The notes below the pieces were generated by a model. The model did no database searches. It was given only the letters and a program-made list of their open reading frames with translations, and had not been told where the DNA came from. Positions 28,459-38,124 of a DNA stretch of 64,000 nt are shown piece by piece; position 1 is the first letter of the stretch; the number at the start of each line of letters is the position of its first letter. The position numbers and the translations under genes are program-made. Source of the stretch: Hyphomicrobiales bacterium (GTDB lineage: Bacteria > Pseudomonadota > Alphaproteobacteria > Rhizobiales > Beijerinckiaceae); assembly GCA_947455455.1 (NCBI GenBank), contig CANGOE010000001.1, positions 38,700 to 102,699 of the forward strand, written 5' to 3'.

Positions 28459-29713
28459 ATGAGACGGATTGGCTGGCCAGATGCTCGATGGCATCGAGCA
28501 GGATCCGGATCGCCTGATCGATATCGCTCTGGCTGGAAAACTCTGCCGGATTATGGCTGATCCCGTCGGTGCACCGCACGAACAGCATGCCGATCGGGCA
28601 TAAAGCCGCCATGGCCATGGCATCATGGCCTGCGCCAGAAGGCAGATGCAACGGCCTGATCTGGTGGCGGGCGACGGCTTCGGCCAGCGCTGTCTGCAAG
28701 GAGGGCGAGCATGGGCAGGCCGGCGCATCGTAGAAAGGTGCAATCTCGAGACGGACCTTGCGGCGGGCGGCAATGGTCCGGCAGGCCTGCTCGATCGCGT
28801 CCACCATCGCGATGCGCTCGGCATCATCGGGACCGCGCATATCAAGGGTGAATTGCACGCCGCCGGGAATGACATTGACGGCATTGGGCGAGACCGCCAG
28901 ACGGCCAACGGTGGCAACCGTCAAAGGGGCTTTGGCTCCCAAAGTCTCGACGGCCAGCACCATTTCGCTGGCGGCTGTCAGGGCATCAAGACGCAGGGCC
29001 ATCGGCACGGTGCCTGCATGGCCTGCTTCTCCGGTCACCGAAACACGGCGGCGCGAGGCACCGTTGATGGCGGTGACAATCCCGACAGGCAGGTTCTCGT
29101 GCTGTAAGACCGGACCCTGTTCGATATGCACTTCCAGATAGCCGATGACTTTGGATGCATCGCGGGCAAGCGGGCCGATCGCTCCGGGCTTGCCGCCAAA
29201 ATCCAGCAGAGCCTGACGGAACGAAATTCCGTCCTCGTCCACCCCGTCCAGCGTTGCCGCATCGAAGGTGCCTGCCAAGGCGCGCGAGGACGAGAGATTG
29301 CTGGGAAAGCGCACATTCTCTTCATCGCCGAAGGCCAGAATCTCCAGCGTGAAAGGCAGGCGGCGGCCTGCCTGCTTCAGGGCTTCGACCACGCCAATGC
29401 CTGCCACCACACCCAAAGTACCGTCATAGGAACCGGCATCTTTGACGGTGTCGATATGCGAGCCGATCAGCAAAGCGGGTGCATCCGCGGCTTTGCCATG
29501 ATAGCGGCCCACCACCGTGCCGAGCGCGTCGATCTCCACCGTGTCGCAACCGGCTTGGGTCATCATCTGTTTGACGGCCTCAGCCGCCTGTCTATGCGAT
29601 GGAGACAGAAACAGCCGTGTCAGATTGTCGGGATGGTCGCTGATCCCGCGCAACTGCATCAAACGGTCAAAGGCGCGCTGGCCCAAGGATGAGGAAGAGG
29701 ATGATGCAGGCAT
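28457..29713 (-). CDS. M20-family Zn amidase (allantoate amidohydrolase / N-carbamoyl-L-amino-acid hydrolase type)
   Basis: LIGSHIDTVKDAGSYDGTLGVVAGI, AFGDEE and GAGHDAM motifs, 418 aa. The start is 7 nt after the copA stop. Confidence 0.82.
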   Translation of the reverse strand: MPASSSSSSLGQRAFDRLMQLRGISDHPDNLTRLFLSPSHRQAAEAVKQMMTQAGCDTVEIDALGTVVGRYHGKAADAPALLIGSHIDTVKDAGSYDGTLGVVAGIGVVEALKQAGRRLPFTLEILAFGDEENVRFPSNLSSSRALAGTFDAATLDGVDEDGISFRQALLDFGGKPGAIGPLARDASKVIGYLEVHIEQGPVLQHENLPVGIVTAINGASRRRVSVTGEAGHAGTVPMALRLDALTAASEMVLAVETLGAKAPLTVATVGRLAVSPNAVNVIPGGVQFTLDMRGPDDAERIAMVDAIEQACRTIAARRKVRLEIAPFYDAPACPCSPSLQTALAEAVARHQIRPLHLPSGAGHDAMAMAALCPIGMLFVRCTDGISHNPAEFSSQSDIDQAIRILLDAIEHLASQSVS

Positions 29714-29720
29714 GGTGATC

Positions 29721-31949
29721 TCAACGGTTGGATGGAGGGCGGGAAAACCAGCGTAGAGTCAGGGCATTGGCCACCACGCTGACACTCGACAAAGCCATGG
29801 CGGCCCCCGCCACAACAGGCGAAAGCAATCCGGCCGCCGCAAGCGGCAACCCGATCATATTATAGATGAAGGCAAAGAAAAGTCCGCGCCGGATGGTGGA
29901 GACAATCCGGCGGGTCAGTACGATACTGCGTGCAACCAGACGCGGATCGGCCTGCATCAGGGCCACGCCGCTGGATTCAATGGCTATGTCGGTGCCCTCG
30001 GCCATGGCAATACCGGTATCGGCCAGCATCAAGGCCGGGGCATCGTTGAGGCCGTCTCCCACCATGGTCACCACCAGACCCTTGGCTTGCAAGGCGGCGA
30101 TGGCGGATGATTTCTGAGTGGGGGAGACCTCGGAAATCACCTCACTAAGCCCCAATGCCTCGCCGATGCGGGAGGCCGCGCCCTTGCTGTCGCCCGTCAG
30201 CATGACAAGGCCAAGCCCAAGCTGTTTGAGTTGGGCTATCGCGTCCCGAGCGCTTGGGCGTGCCATATCGGCAAAGCTGATCAGGGCCAATACGGAATGA
30301 TCGGACACCCGCCCCAGCCAGGACAGGCCGGCCCCTCGCGCGTGCCCAAGGCTGGCCTGATCCTGAAACGCCGACAGATCGAACCCCGCTTGGCGCAAGG
30401 CTGTGCCGGAGCCGAACAGATAGGTCTCTCCCTCGATCCCTGCCGTAATCGCGCCCGCTTGCGACTGGAAACCGGTGGCTGTCAACGGGGGCAGGGAGAG
30501 GGCCGCCGTGATCAGGGCCTTGGCCAGCGGATGCGTACTGCCTGCTTCCATTGCGGCCACAAGCTGTAAAATCCGGTCCTTGGTCAGGCCACCAAAAACC
30601 TCGATGCCGGTGATCTCGGGCTTGCCGGTTGTCAATGTGCCGGTTTTGTCGAACACCACAACCTGTGTGCGGGCCAGCGATTCAATCGCCCGGGCATCGC
30701 GCAACAAAATGCCGTGGCGCGCGGCGACCCCCGTGCCTGCCAGAATGGCAGTCGGTGTTGCCAGCCCCAAGGCGCAAGGGCAGGCGATGACCAGCACCGA
30801 TACGGCATTGATGGTGGCCAGCGACAATGAGCCGTCTTTGACCAGCCAGAAGAGAAATGTGGCAATGGCAATGCCTGTCACCACGGGCACAAAAACCGCG
30901 CTGATCCGGTCAACCAGTTGTTGTACGGGGGCTTTGGAGCTTTGCGCGGCCTCGACCGCCGCCACAATCCGCGCCAGCACGCTGTCAGCACCCAGCGCCG
31001 TCACTTCCACCACCAGACGACCGTCGGTATTGAGCGTGCCGCCGATGACTTTGTCACCCGCTGTTTTGATGACCGGCAGGCTTTCGCCCGTCACCATCGC
31101 CTCGTCAATTCCGGCACTGCCCTCAACGATAAGTCCGTCACAGGCAATGCGCTCTCCGGCTTTGACCAGAAGCCTGTCGCCGGTCACCAGTTGATGGATC
31201 GGCACCGCGACAATCCGGCCCTGCGGGTCAATCCGGTTGGCCTGATCCGGCTGGAGGGCTTGCAGAGCGCGCAAGGCGGAAGCGGTTTCCGACATCGCAC
31301 GCTCTTCCAGCCATTTGCCGAGCAGGACAAAGGCAATCACCATGCTGGAGGATTCAAAATACAATGGCAGGCCGGCTCCATGCCCTCCTGCATGGTCTCC
31401 CGCATGCCCGCCAAAGCCCATGCTCCAATGGGCCAGACTCAAGCCGTAAGCGGCCGAGGTGCCCAGCGCCACCAGCACATCCATGGTGGCCGCGCCACCG
31501 CGCAGGGCTTTCCACGCCCCGCGATAGAACCTTGCCCCAAGCCAGAATTGCATCAGACTGGCCAGTGCCAGTTCCATGTCCGGCGATAACAGCATCGGCC
31601 GGTCAAACAGCATCAGCCCCATACCCACAAGGAACGGGCTGGCGATCAGCCCGCCGGTGATGGCGGCGCGGCGCGCCTCTTGCTCGCGCAACACGGCACG
31701 GGATGGCTCGTCGGCCTGATCCTGCGCGCTCATCACACTGGCCCCGTAGCCGATGTCCTCGACCGCCTCTGCCAGCGCGTCGGGTTTGGCCGATCCGGTG
31801 ATGCGGGCGGAATGGGTGGCCAGATTGACGCTGGCTTCAACCACCCCCTCTACCGCAGTCAGGGCTTTTTCAACCCGCGCCACGCAGGCCGCGCAAGTCA
31901 TGCCCTCGATGGCCAATTGGGTGGATTTCGGGCTTGTCCGGGTGCTCAT
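29721..31949 (-). CDS. copA: copper-translocating P1B-type ATPase
   Basis: N-terminal HMA domain GMTCAACV, TM6 CPC motif (ACPCALGLATP), DKTGT phosphorylation site and GDGLNDAP hinge, 742 aa. Confidence 0.92.
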   Translation of the reverse strand: MSTRTSPKSTQLAIEGMTCAACVARVEKALTAVEGVVEASVNLATHSARITGSAKPDALAEAVEDIGYGASVMSAQDQADEPSRAVLREQEARRAAITGGLIASPFLVGMGLMLFDRPMLLSPDMELALASLMQFWLGARFYRGAWKALRGGAATMDVLVALGTSAAYGLSLAHWSMGFGGHAGDHAGGHGAGLPLYFESSSMVIAFVLLGKWLEERAMSETASALRALQALQPDQANRIDPQGRIVAVPIHQLVTGDRLLVKAGERIACDGLIVEGSAGIDEAMVTGESLPVIKTAGDKVIGGTLNTDGRLVVEVTALGADSVLARIVAAVEAAQSSKAPVQQLVDRISAVFVPVVTGIAIATFLFWLVKDGSLSLATINAVSVLVIACPCALGLATPTAILAGTGVAARHGILLRDARAIESLARTQVVVFDKTGTLTTGKPEITGIEVFGGLTKDRILQLVAAMEAGSTHPLAKALITAALSLPPLTATGFQSQAGAITAGIEGETYLFGSGTALRQAGFDLSAFQDQASLGHARGAGLSWLGRVSDHSVLALISFADMARPSARDAIAQLKQLGLGLVMLTGDSKGAASRIGEALGLSEVISEVSPTQKSSAIAALQAKGLVVTMVGDGLNDAPALMLADTGIAMAEGTDIAIESSGVALMQADPRLVARSIVLTRRIVSTIRRGLFFAFIYNMIGLPLAAAGLLSPVVAGAAMALSSVSVVANALTLRWFSRPPSNR

Positions 31950-32098
31950 CCTCCTAAAATGGGCCTTTTAAGGGGGTAGTGCAAGCTCCAAAGCCTGTTA
32001 CCGGTGGTCGGGGGCAGGTCTTGGGGATTGTCGGGGCAATTGACACGACAAGGCAACAGGCGGCACTGTGCGCCATCAACTCCAACACGAGAAGTCCC

Positions 32099-32881
32099 AT
32101 GCCGCATTTTGCCGCCAATCTGACGATGATGTTCAACGAATGGTCGTTTCTCGACCGCTTCAAGGCGGCCGGTGATGCGGGTTTCAGCGCGGTTGAATTC
32201 CTGTTTCCCTACGAGCACAGTCCCGATGCGGTCGCCAAGGCTTTGCAAGGCGGTGGACTTCAGCAGGCTTTGTTCAATATGCCGCCCGGTGATTGGGGCA
32301 AGGGTGAACGCGGCATGGCGGCTCTGGTCGGACGCGAGGCCGAGTTCAAAGCCGGTGTGGCCACCGCTTTGACCTATGCCGAAGCCACCGGTGTGAAGCG
32401 GTTGCATATGATGAGCGGGTTGGTCAGCAATCTCGATCAGGCGGCGATGGCCTGTTACGAGACCAATTTGCGCTATGCGGGCGAGCAATTGGCCCTGCAC
32501 GGGCTTGATCTGGTGATCGAGCCGATCAATGGCCGGAATATGCCGGGCTATTTCCTCAATGATTTCGATCTGGCGGCACGGCTGATCGGTCAAACGGGCC
32601 TGCCCAATGTCAAATTGCAGTTCGATCTCTATCACTGCCAGATCATTCACGGCGATGTGACGATGCGGATGCGGCAGGCGATGCCGTTGATCGGCCATGT
32701 CCAGATCGCCAGCGTGCCGTCACGCAATGAGCCGGACGGGGAGGAGCTGAATTATCCCTTCCTGTTCGACGAGCTGGACCGGTTGGGCTATCAGGGTTTT
32801 GTCGGCTGTGAATACAACCCCAAGGCGGGCACGCTGGACGGTTTGGGCTGGTTCCATGCCTGGACCAAGGCGCATCGCTGA
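32099..32881 (+). CDS. hyi: hydroxypyruvate isomerase
   Basis: MPHFAANLTMMFNEWSFLDRFKAAGDAGFSAVEF is a typical Hyi/TIM-barrel N-terminus. ATG at 32099; the longest ORF starts at 31979. Confidence 0.85.
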   Translation: MPHFAANLTMMFNEWSFLDRFKAAGDAGFSAVEFLFPYEHSPDAVAKALQGGGLQQALFNMPPGDWGKGERGMAALVGREAEFKAGVATALTYAEATGVKRLHMMSGLVSNLDQAAMACYETNLRYAGEQLALHGLDLVIEPINGRNMPGYFLNDFDLAARLIGQTGLPNVKLQFDLYHCQIIHGDVTMRMRQAMPLIGHVQIASVPSRNEPDGEELNYPFLFDELDRLGYQGFVGCEYNPKAGTLDGLGWFHAWTKAHR

Positions 32882-32935
32882 TCTTCACCATATTGTCGGA
32901 AGCATGAAATTGACCATCGCGCCGCGGCTCAGCCT

Positions 32936-34087
32936 TTGCTAAAGAGGCGTGATGTTGATTTGGGAACTGCCATCGTGGTGAATTCACGCCTCTCTGCCGA
33001 AGATCTGGCCGCCCGCTTTGTGCGGCTTGGTTATGCACGGGTTGAACCACCCGTGTTACAGCCCGCCGATATTTTTCTTGACCAGTCGGGCGAAAATTTC
33101 CGCCGCCGGATGTTTGTCACCACTGACAGCGAAGGCCGCGAAATGGCCTTGCGCCCGGAATTTACCATTCCGGTGGTGCGGTTGTATCTGGCGGGCGCTG
33201 ATGCGGGTGGACTGGCGCAATATTCCTATTGCGGCCGGGTGTTCCGGATGCAATCGGGCGAGAGCGGCGAATTCGTGCAAGCCGGGATCGAATCTTTCGG
33301 CAGGACTGATAGCGCCGCCGCCGATGCCGAAACGGTCGCGCTGGCACTGGAAGCGCTCCATGAATTCGGCGTGCATGATCCCGCCATCCGTCTGGGCGAT
33401 ATGGGCCTGTTCAATGCCGTGACGGAGGCTCTGGCTCTTCCCGATGCCGTCTTGCGCCGTTTGAAACGGGCTTTTGCCTTGGGCAGTCTGACGGTGGCGA
33501 ACCTTGATCAGGTGTTGGGCGGGGAAGGTGAGGCCGATGCCAGCCATCCCGGACTCAGTGCGGCCCTGATCGGGCTGGATCCGGTGACCGCGCGCAATCT
33601 GGTCGAGGATATGCTGAAAATTGCGCGTATTTCGACGGTGGGTGGTCGTACCAGTGCCGAAATCGCCGACCGCTTCCTGCGCCAGGCCGGACAGACCGCG
33701 ACCGTCTTGCCCGATCATACCCGCGACGTATTGAATGCCTATCTGGCCATCAGCGGCGAGCCCGACGCGGTATCGGACCGTTTGCGGGATCTGGCCTCGA
33801 CACAGGGGCTTGATCTGTCGGCGGCCCTCGATGTGTTTGACGAGCGGACCGGCTTTCTGGCGGCCCGTGGTGTCGATGTGTCTAAAATCCATGTCTCCAC
33901 GGCGTTCGGACGCGATCTGGATTATTATACCGGCATGGTGTTTGAAATCCGCGCCTCCAATGCGGGTCCGTCGCTGGTGGGTGGCGGGCGTTATGATCGT
34001 CTGGCGCAATCACTGGGCGCGGCGCAGGCCGTTCCTGCCGTGGGTTGCTCGATCTGGATGGACCGCTTGATCGGATCAACCCCATGA
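32936..34087 (+). CDS. hisZ: ATP phosphoribosyltransferase regulatory subunit
   Basis: HisRS-like catalytic-core paralogue lacking an anticodon domain (LRPEFTIPV, GGGRYDRL), immediately upstream of hisG. The start is uncertain: TTG 32936 gives the longest ORF, and in-frame GTG 32975 gives a more typical N-terminal length. Confidence 0.85.
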   Translation: MLKRRDVDLGTAIVVNSRLSAEDLAARFVRLGYARVEPPVLQPADIFLDQSGENFRRRMFVTTDSEGREMALRPEFTIPVVRLYLAGADAGGLAQYSYCGRVFRMQSGESGEFVQAGIESFGRTDSAAADAETVALALEALHEFGVHDPAIRLGDMGLFNAVTEALALPDAVLRRLKRAFALGSLTVANLDQVLGGEGEADASHPGLSAALIGLDPVTARNLVEDMLKIARISTVGGRTSAEIADRFLRQAGQTATVLPDHTRDVLNAYLAISGEPDAVSDRLRDLASTQGLDLSAALDVFDERTGFLAARGVDVSKIHVSTAFGRDLDYYTGMVFEIRASNAGPSLVGGGRYDRLAQSLGAAQAVPAVGCSIWMDRLIGSTP

Positions 34088-34112
34088 TGCGGCTGATAAT
34101 ACGAGATATGCC

Positions 34113-35117
34113 ATGACCAATCAGGCCGATAAAGCTCCGCTCATTCTGGCTGTGCCGTCCAAGGGCCGGTTGCAGGAAAACGCCAATGCGTTTTTCGCCC
34201 GCGCCGGTCTGGTGTTCAAGCAGTCACGCGGAGAGCGTGACTATCGCGGCACGATTGCCGGTTTCGACAATGTCGAGGTGCTCTATCTCTCGGCCTCAGA
34301 AATCGCCCGCGAATTGGCGCAAGGCGGGGCGCATCTGGGAATTACCGGCGAGGATCTGATCCGCGAGGGCATCGATGATGCCTCAGCCAAGCTGGAATTG
34401 CTGACCCCGCTGGGGTTCGGCCATGCCAATGTGGTGGTTGCGGTGCCGCAAGCCTGGATCGATGTCCGCAATATGGCTGATCTGGAAGATGTTGCGGCGG
34501 CGTTTCGTGCCCGTCACGGCCACAAGATGCGGGTGGCGACCAAATATATCAACCTGACCCGCCGCTTTTTCACCCGCCACGGCATTACCGATTACCGCAT
34601 TGTCGAAAGCCTCGGTGCAACCGAAGGTGCGCCTGCGTCGGGGGCGGCAGAACTGATTGTCGATATCACCACAACGGGGGCGACCCTGTCGGCCAATGCG
34701 TTGAAAATCATCGATGACGGCGTGATGTTGCGCTCCGAGGCCAATCTGGTGGCCTCGATGACCGCCCCTTGGGGTGCCAGCCAGCGCAGTGCCGCCGCCT
34801 CCATTCTGACGCGCATTTGCGCCGAGGAGGAGGCCCGCAACCATCGCGAGATCCGTGTCAGCCTGCCTGCGCCTGTTCCTGTGGTGCTGGACGAGCTTGC
34901 AACCCGCTTTGCCACGACGCTGGTGTCGCAACAGGATGATACGCATTTCACCGTGCAGTGCCCTGTCGGGGCCCTGTTCGATGCCGGCGAATATTTGGTG
35001 GCGCAAGGTGCCGTGCGTGTGGCGGTCAGCCAGATCGATTATGTGTTCCGTCCGACCAATGCCTTGCTTGAAACCTTATTTGCCCGCATCGGATCCCATC
35101 AACCAAACGGGGCCTGA
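34113..35117 (+). CDS. hisG: ATP phosphoribosyltransferase, with a ~100-aa C-terminal extension
   Basis: LILAVPSKGRLQE, LGITGEDL and DITTTGATL motifs, 334 aa. It lies 25 nt downstream of hisZ. Confidence 0.9.
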   Translation: MTNQADKAPLILAVPSKGRLQENANAFFARAGLVFKQSRGERDYRGTIAGFDNVEVLYLSASEIARELAQGGAHLGITGEDLIREGIDDASAKLELLTPLGFGHANVVVAVPQAWIDVRNMADLEDVAAAFRARHGHKMRVATKYINLTRRFFTRHGITDYRIVESLGATEGAPASGAAELIVDITTTGATLSANALKIIDDGVMLRSEANLVASMTAPWGASQRSAAASILTRICAEEEARNHREIRVSLPAPVPVVLDELATRFATTLVSQQDDTHFTVQCPVGALFDAGEYLVAQGAVRVAVSQIDYVFRPTNALLETLFARIGSHQPNGA

Positions 35118-35210
35118 TTGTGCTACAAGCTCCCGACAGCAAACATTGCAGGCCGTCCGGCTTGCCGTTATCATGTCACACGATGTGATGCCCACTTCAG
35201 GAGATGATCC

Positions 35211-35654
35211 TTGCGCTTGACCCCCTCTTTGAAAGCCACCGCTTTGGGAACCTTCGTGCTTGGCACGATGCTGGCAGGCGCGGTTGTCGCACAACCTGTA
35301 TTCATGGCCCGCAAGAAATTTCCCTTTGATGCCCAGTGGATTGCGGTCAGCCTCAATGACAAGCCGTTTCCGGGCGAGCGGGCAGACCGTCCGACTTTGA
35401 CGCTTGATGAAACCTTGCGGGTCCGCGGTTTCGGAGCGTGCAACACCTATTCGGCAACGGCTTACCCGCTTCAGCAACAAGCCTTTGCCGTCGGTCCGAT
35501 TGCTCTGACCAAGCGCGAATGTCCCAAAGTCGCCATGGATGCCGAACGCGCATTCCTGCTCGCACTGCGCACCGCCCAGCAATGGGATACCGAGCCGGGC
35601 AAGCTGGTCATTGCCGGACAGAATGGCAAGCTGGTCTTTGAACGGACCTTCTGA
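35211..35654 (+). CDS. META-domain (HslJ-like) secreted protein/lipoprotein
   Basis: TTG start preceded by AGGAG at 7-nt spacing, a signal peptide (ALGTFVLGTMLAGAVVA), and META-type motifs (GFGACNTYSA, ALTKREC). Confidence 0.75.
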   Translation: MRLTPSLKATALGTFVLGTMLAGAVVAQPVFMARKKFPFDAQWIAVSLNDKPFPGERADRPTLTLDETLRVRGFGACNTYSATAYPLQQQAFAVGPIALTKRECPKVAMDAERAFLLALRTAQQWDTEPGKLVIAGQNGKLVFERTF

Positions 35655-35673
35655 TCCGCTCTGCTTTTGATGC

Positions 35674-37818
35674 CTATTGGATGCTGGCCGATTGCAACCG
35701 CATGCCCGCGTCCCCTGTCGGTTCCAGCGTCAGCTTGACATCGTGGAAGGCCAGCAGGGTCGAACGGTGGCCGATGGAAATCAGCGTGGTGTGCGGCAAT
35801 TGCTGTTTGAGCATGGTGTAAAGCCTCGCTTCGCCGGCCTCGTCAAGCGAGGCGGTCGCCTCATCCAGAAACAGCCAGGACGGTTTGGCCAACAGCACCC
35901 GTGCCAAGGCGAGCCGTTGCTGTTCGCCGCCCGACAGGCGTTGCGACCAGACATGCTCCTCGTCCATCTCGGCAACCAGCGCTGAGAGGCCGACCGCTTC
36001 CAGCGCCTGGGCCACCTCGTCTCTGGAATAGGCATGTTCGCCCGCCGGATAGGATACGGCCATGCGCAGGCTGGCAATCGGCAGATAGGGGCGTTGCGGC
36101 ACCAGCATCATGGTTTGGGTGGACGGCGTGCGCAAACGACCCGCCCCATAGGGCCAGAGACCGGCCAATGCCCGTAACAGCGTGGATTTGCCGGAGCCCG
36201 ACGGCCCGCTGATCAGGATGGATTGACCGGCATGGAACAGATGGTGGGCCGACAATAGCGGCTTGCCATTGGGCAGGGTCAGTGAGAGGTGCTGTAATTC
36301 CAGCGCGCCATGATCGCCCGTTTGCTCGCGGATGATGGTTTCGGGCTGGTAACCCAACCGCTTGGCTTCATCAATCGAGCGATCAAACGTTGTCAGACGT
36401 TGCAGGATCGCCACATAGGCCGCCAGCGAGGTATAGGCGTTGATGAAATAGCTCAACGCGCCTTCGACACGACCGAAAGCACCGGCTGTCTGGGTCATTG
36501 CGCCCAACTGCACCTTGCCTGCAAAATAGAAGGGGGCCGCCACCACATAGGGAATGATCGGGCTGATCTGTCCGTAACTGGCGGTAAACATCATCATGCG
36601 CTTGCGCAGGGCGACGATGCCAAAGAAGTTGCGGATCACCTCGGAGAACCGTTGCATCAGCGCCGATTTTTCGGTCTTTTCGCCATTCAGCAGGGCAATC
36701 TGCTCGGTATATTCGCGCAAGCGTGCCAGCGAGAAGCGGAAATCGGCTTCATAGCGTTGCTGGTCGAAATCCAGTTTCACCAAGCGGCGGCCGATCATAT
36801 GGGTGATCGAAGTGCCAAAAGCCGCATAGATCAACGCGACCCAGAACAGGAAGCCGGGAACCACGATGTCGGTGCCCGGCACCGTAAACTGATCCGACAA
36901 CTGCCACAGAATGATCGAGAACGACACCAGCGAACTCAACTGCGCCAGCATCGAAATCGAAAAATCATAGGTGCGGTTGATGAAGGAGCCGACATCATCG
37001 GCAATACGCTGGTCCGGATTGTCGGCTTCCTGACCGATCAGCGCCATGCGGTAATGGGTGCCGTCACCGAGCCAGGAGGAAATATATTGATCGGTCAGCC
37101 AGCGCCGCCAGCGGATCATCAGGCTGGACTGCACCAGATATTCGATGATGGCGCTGGCAATATAGATTGCCGCCCAGAACAGAAACACCGTGTACAGCAA
37201 TGACCAGAACGCTTCCGAATCCTTGTTCTGGATGGCGTTGAACCAGTCGCGGTTGAAGAAGGACAGGCGCACGGAAATGCCGACCTGTGCCTGATTGACG
37301 ACGATCAGGAAAATGATCATCAGCGTGGCCAGCAACCGCTCGTCGATACGGGCCTGTTTGAACGGCCAGACGGTGACATGCGTGGATCCGGCATGGTCGA
37401 AATAGCGATCCGAAATGGTGGTGACCGATTTGATGACCGGTATGAAGGAAATCCCGTAAATCAGAATGGCAAAGACCGCGACGCTGGCGGCCAGACTGAG
37501 CGGCGGCATCGCGGCAGACAAAGCCTCGGGCCATATGCCCAGTCGGCCCAGCATGATGATGGTTGTGAAGGACGCATATTCGACGGCAAACAGGCCGGAG
37601 AAAATCCGCAGGAATTTTGAAATGCCCGAAGCCTGCCATGTTGCGATGCTGGCCAGCAATCCGGCAAAGGCCAGACCCCACAGGCCTTTGTCGGCAAGTT
37701 GATAGGCCGCACCTGCCGCCAGCAATGCGCCGGCAAAAGCAACAAGGGCCAGTTGCTTCAACAGCAGACTTGGACGGGAAGGGGCGGTGTTGCCGTTTTC
37801 GGGAAGATCATGCGGCAT
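35674..37818 (-). CDS. fused ABC transporter permease/ATPase of the SbmA/BacA (YddA/ABCD-like) family, with an N-terminal membrane extension
   Basis: The core TMD begins at about residue 150 (FFNRDWFNAIQNKD...WRRWLT). C-terminal NBD with Walker A GPSGSGKST, signature LSGGEQQR and Walker B LFLDEATASLD, 714 aa. Confidence 0.85.
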   Translation of the reverse strand: MPHDLPENGNTAPSRPSLLLKQLALVAFAGALLAAGAAYQLADKGLWGLAFAGLLASIATWQASGISKFLRIFSGLFAVEYASFTTIIMLGRLGIWPEALSAAMPPLSLAASVAVFAILIYGISFIPVIKSVTTISDRYFDHAGSTHVTVWPFKQARIDERLLATLMIIFLIVVNQAQVGISVRLSFFNRDWFNAIQNKDSEAFWSLLYTVFLFWAAIYIASAIIEYLVQSSLMIRWRRWLTDQYISSWLGDGTHYRMALIGQEADNPDQRIADDVGSFINRTYDFSISMLAQLSSLVSFSIILWQLSDQFTVPGTDIVVPGFLFWVALIYAAFGTSITHMIGRRLVKLDFDQQRYEADFRFSLARLREYTEQIALLNGEKTEKSALMQRFSEVIRNFFGIVALRKRMMMFTASYGQISPIIPYVVAAPFYFAGKVQLGAMTQTAGAFGRVEGALSYFINAYTSLAAYVAILQRLTTFDRSIDEAKRLGYQPETIIREQTGDHGALELQHLSLTLPNGKPLLSAHHLFHAGQSILISGPSGSGKSTLLRALAGLWPYGAGRLRTPSTQTMMLVPQRPYLPIASLRMAVSYPAGEHAYSRDEVAQALEAVGLSALVAEMDEEHVWSQRLSGGEQQRLALARVLLAKPSWLFLDEATASLDEAGEARLYTMLKQQLPHTTLISIGHRSTLLAFHDVKLTLEPTGDAGMRLQSASIQ

Positions 37819-37932
37819 GGCTTATCTCTCGTCTCTGATCGATCGGGTCATTTGCCGAATGCTGTCTGACGCACATGCCGCACTCTGCCGAACCTATCAG
37901 AAGCAGACCAACAGCACGTGCCCGGCACAGTC

Positions 37933-38124
37933 TCAGGCAAAGGCAGTGGTGGCCTCGGTCTTGGGAAGTGCCAGTGGCACGCTGTAAATGATCAGCGGTG
38001 CAGTCTCATGATCGGGCGAATGGCTGATCCCGTCTTGTGCATGCTTGATCCGCAATTCAAAGGCATCATTGCTCTCGTCGAGAAACTGTTTGATTACCAG
38101 AACCTGTGGTTGCGTATCACTCAT
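37933..38124 (-). CDS. hypothetical small protein (63 aa), no recognisable family
   Basis: ATG preceded by GAGGG at 5-nt spacing. It ends 114 nt upstream of the ABC transporter start on the same strand. Third-position GC is about 58%, which looks lower than in neighbouring genes. Coding status is unproven. Confidence 0.35.
   Translation of the reverse strand: MSDTQPQVLVIKQFLDESNDAFELRIKHAQDGISHSPDHETAPLIIYSVPLALPKTEATTAFA

Noticed and set aside
31950-32010. A possible MerR/CueR-type promoter upstream of copA: TTGCAC, a 19-nt spacer containing CCTT-AA-AAGG, then TTTTAG.
   Set aside because: The dyad is only 4+4 bp and the -10 hexamer is poor. The implied transcription start would fall on the start codon, which conflicts with the AGGAGG directly before the ATG. 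No cueR-like gene is nearby.
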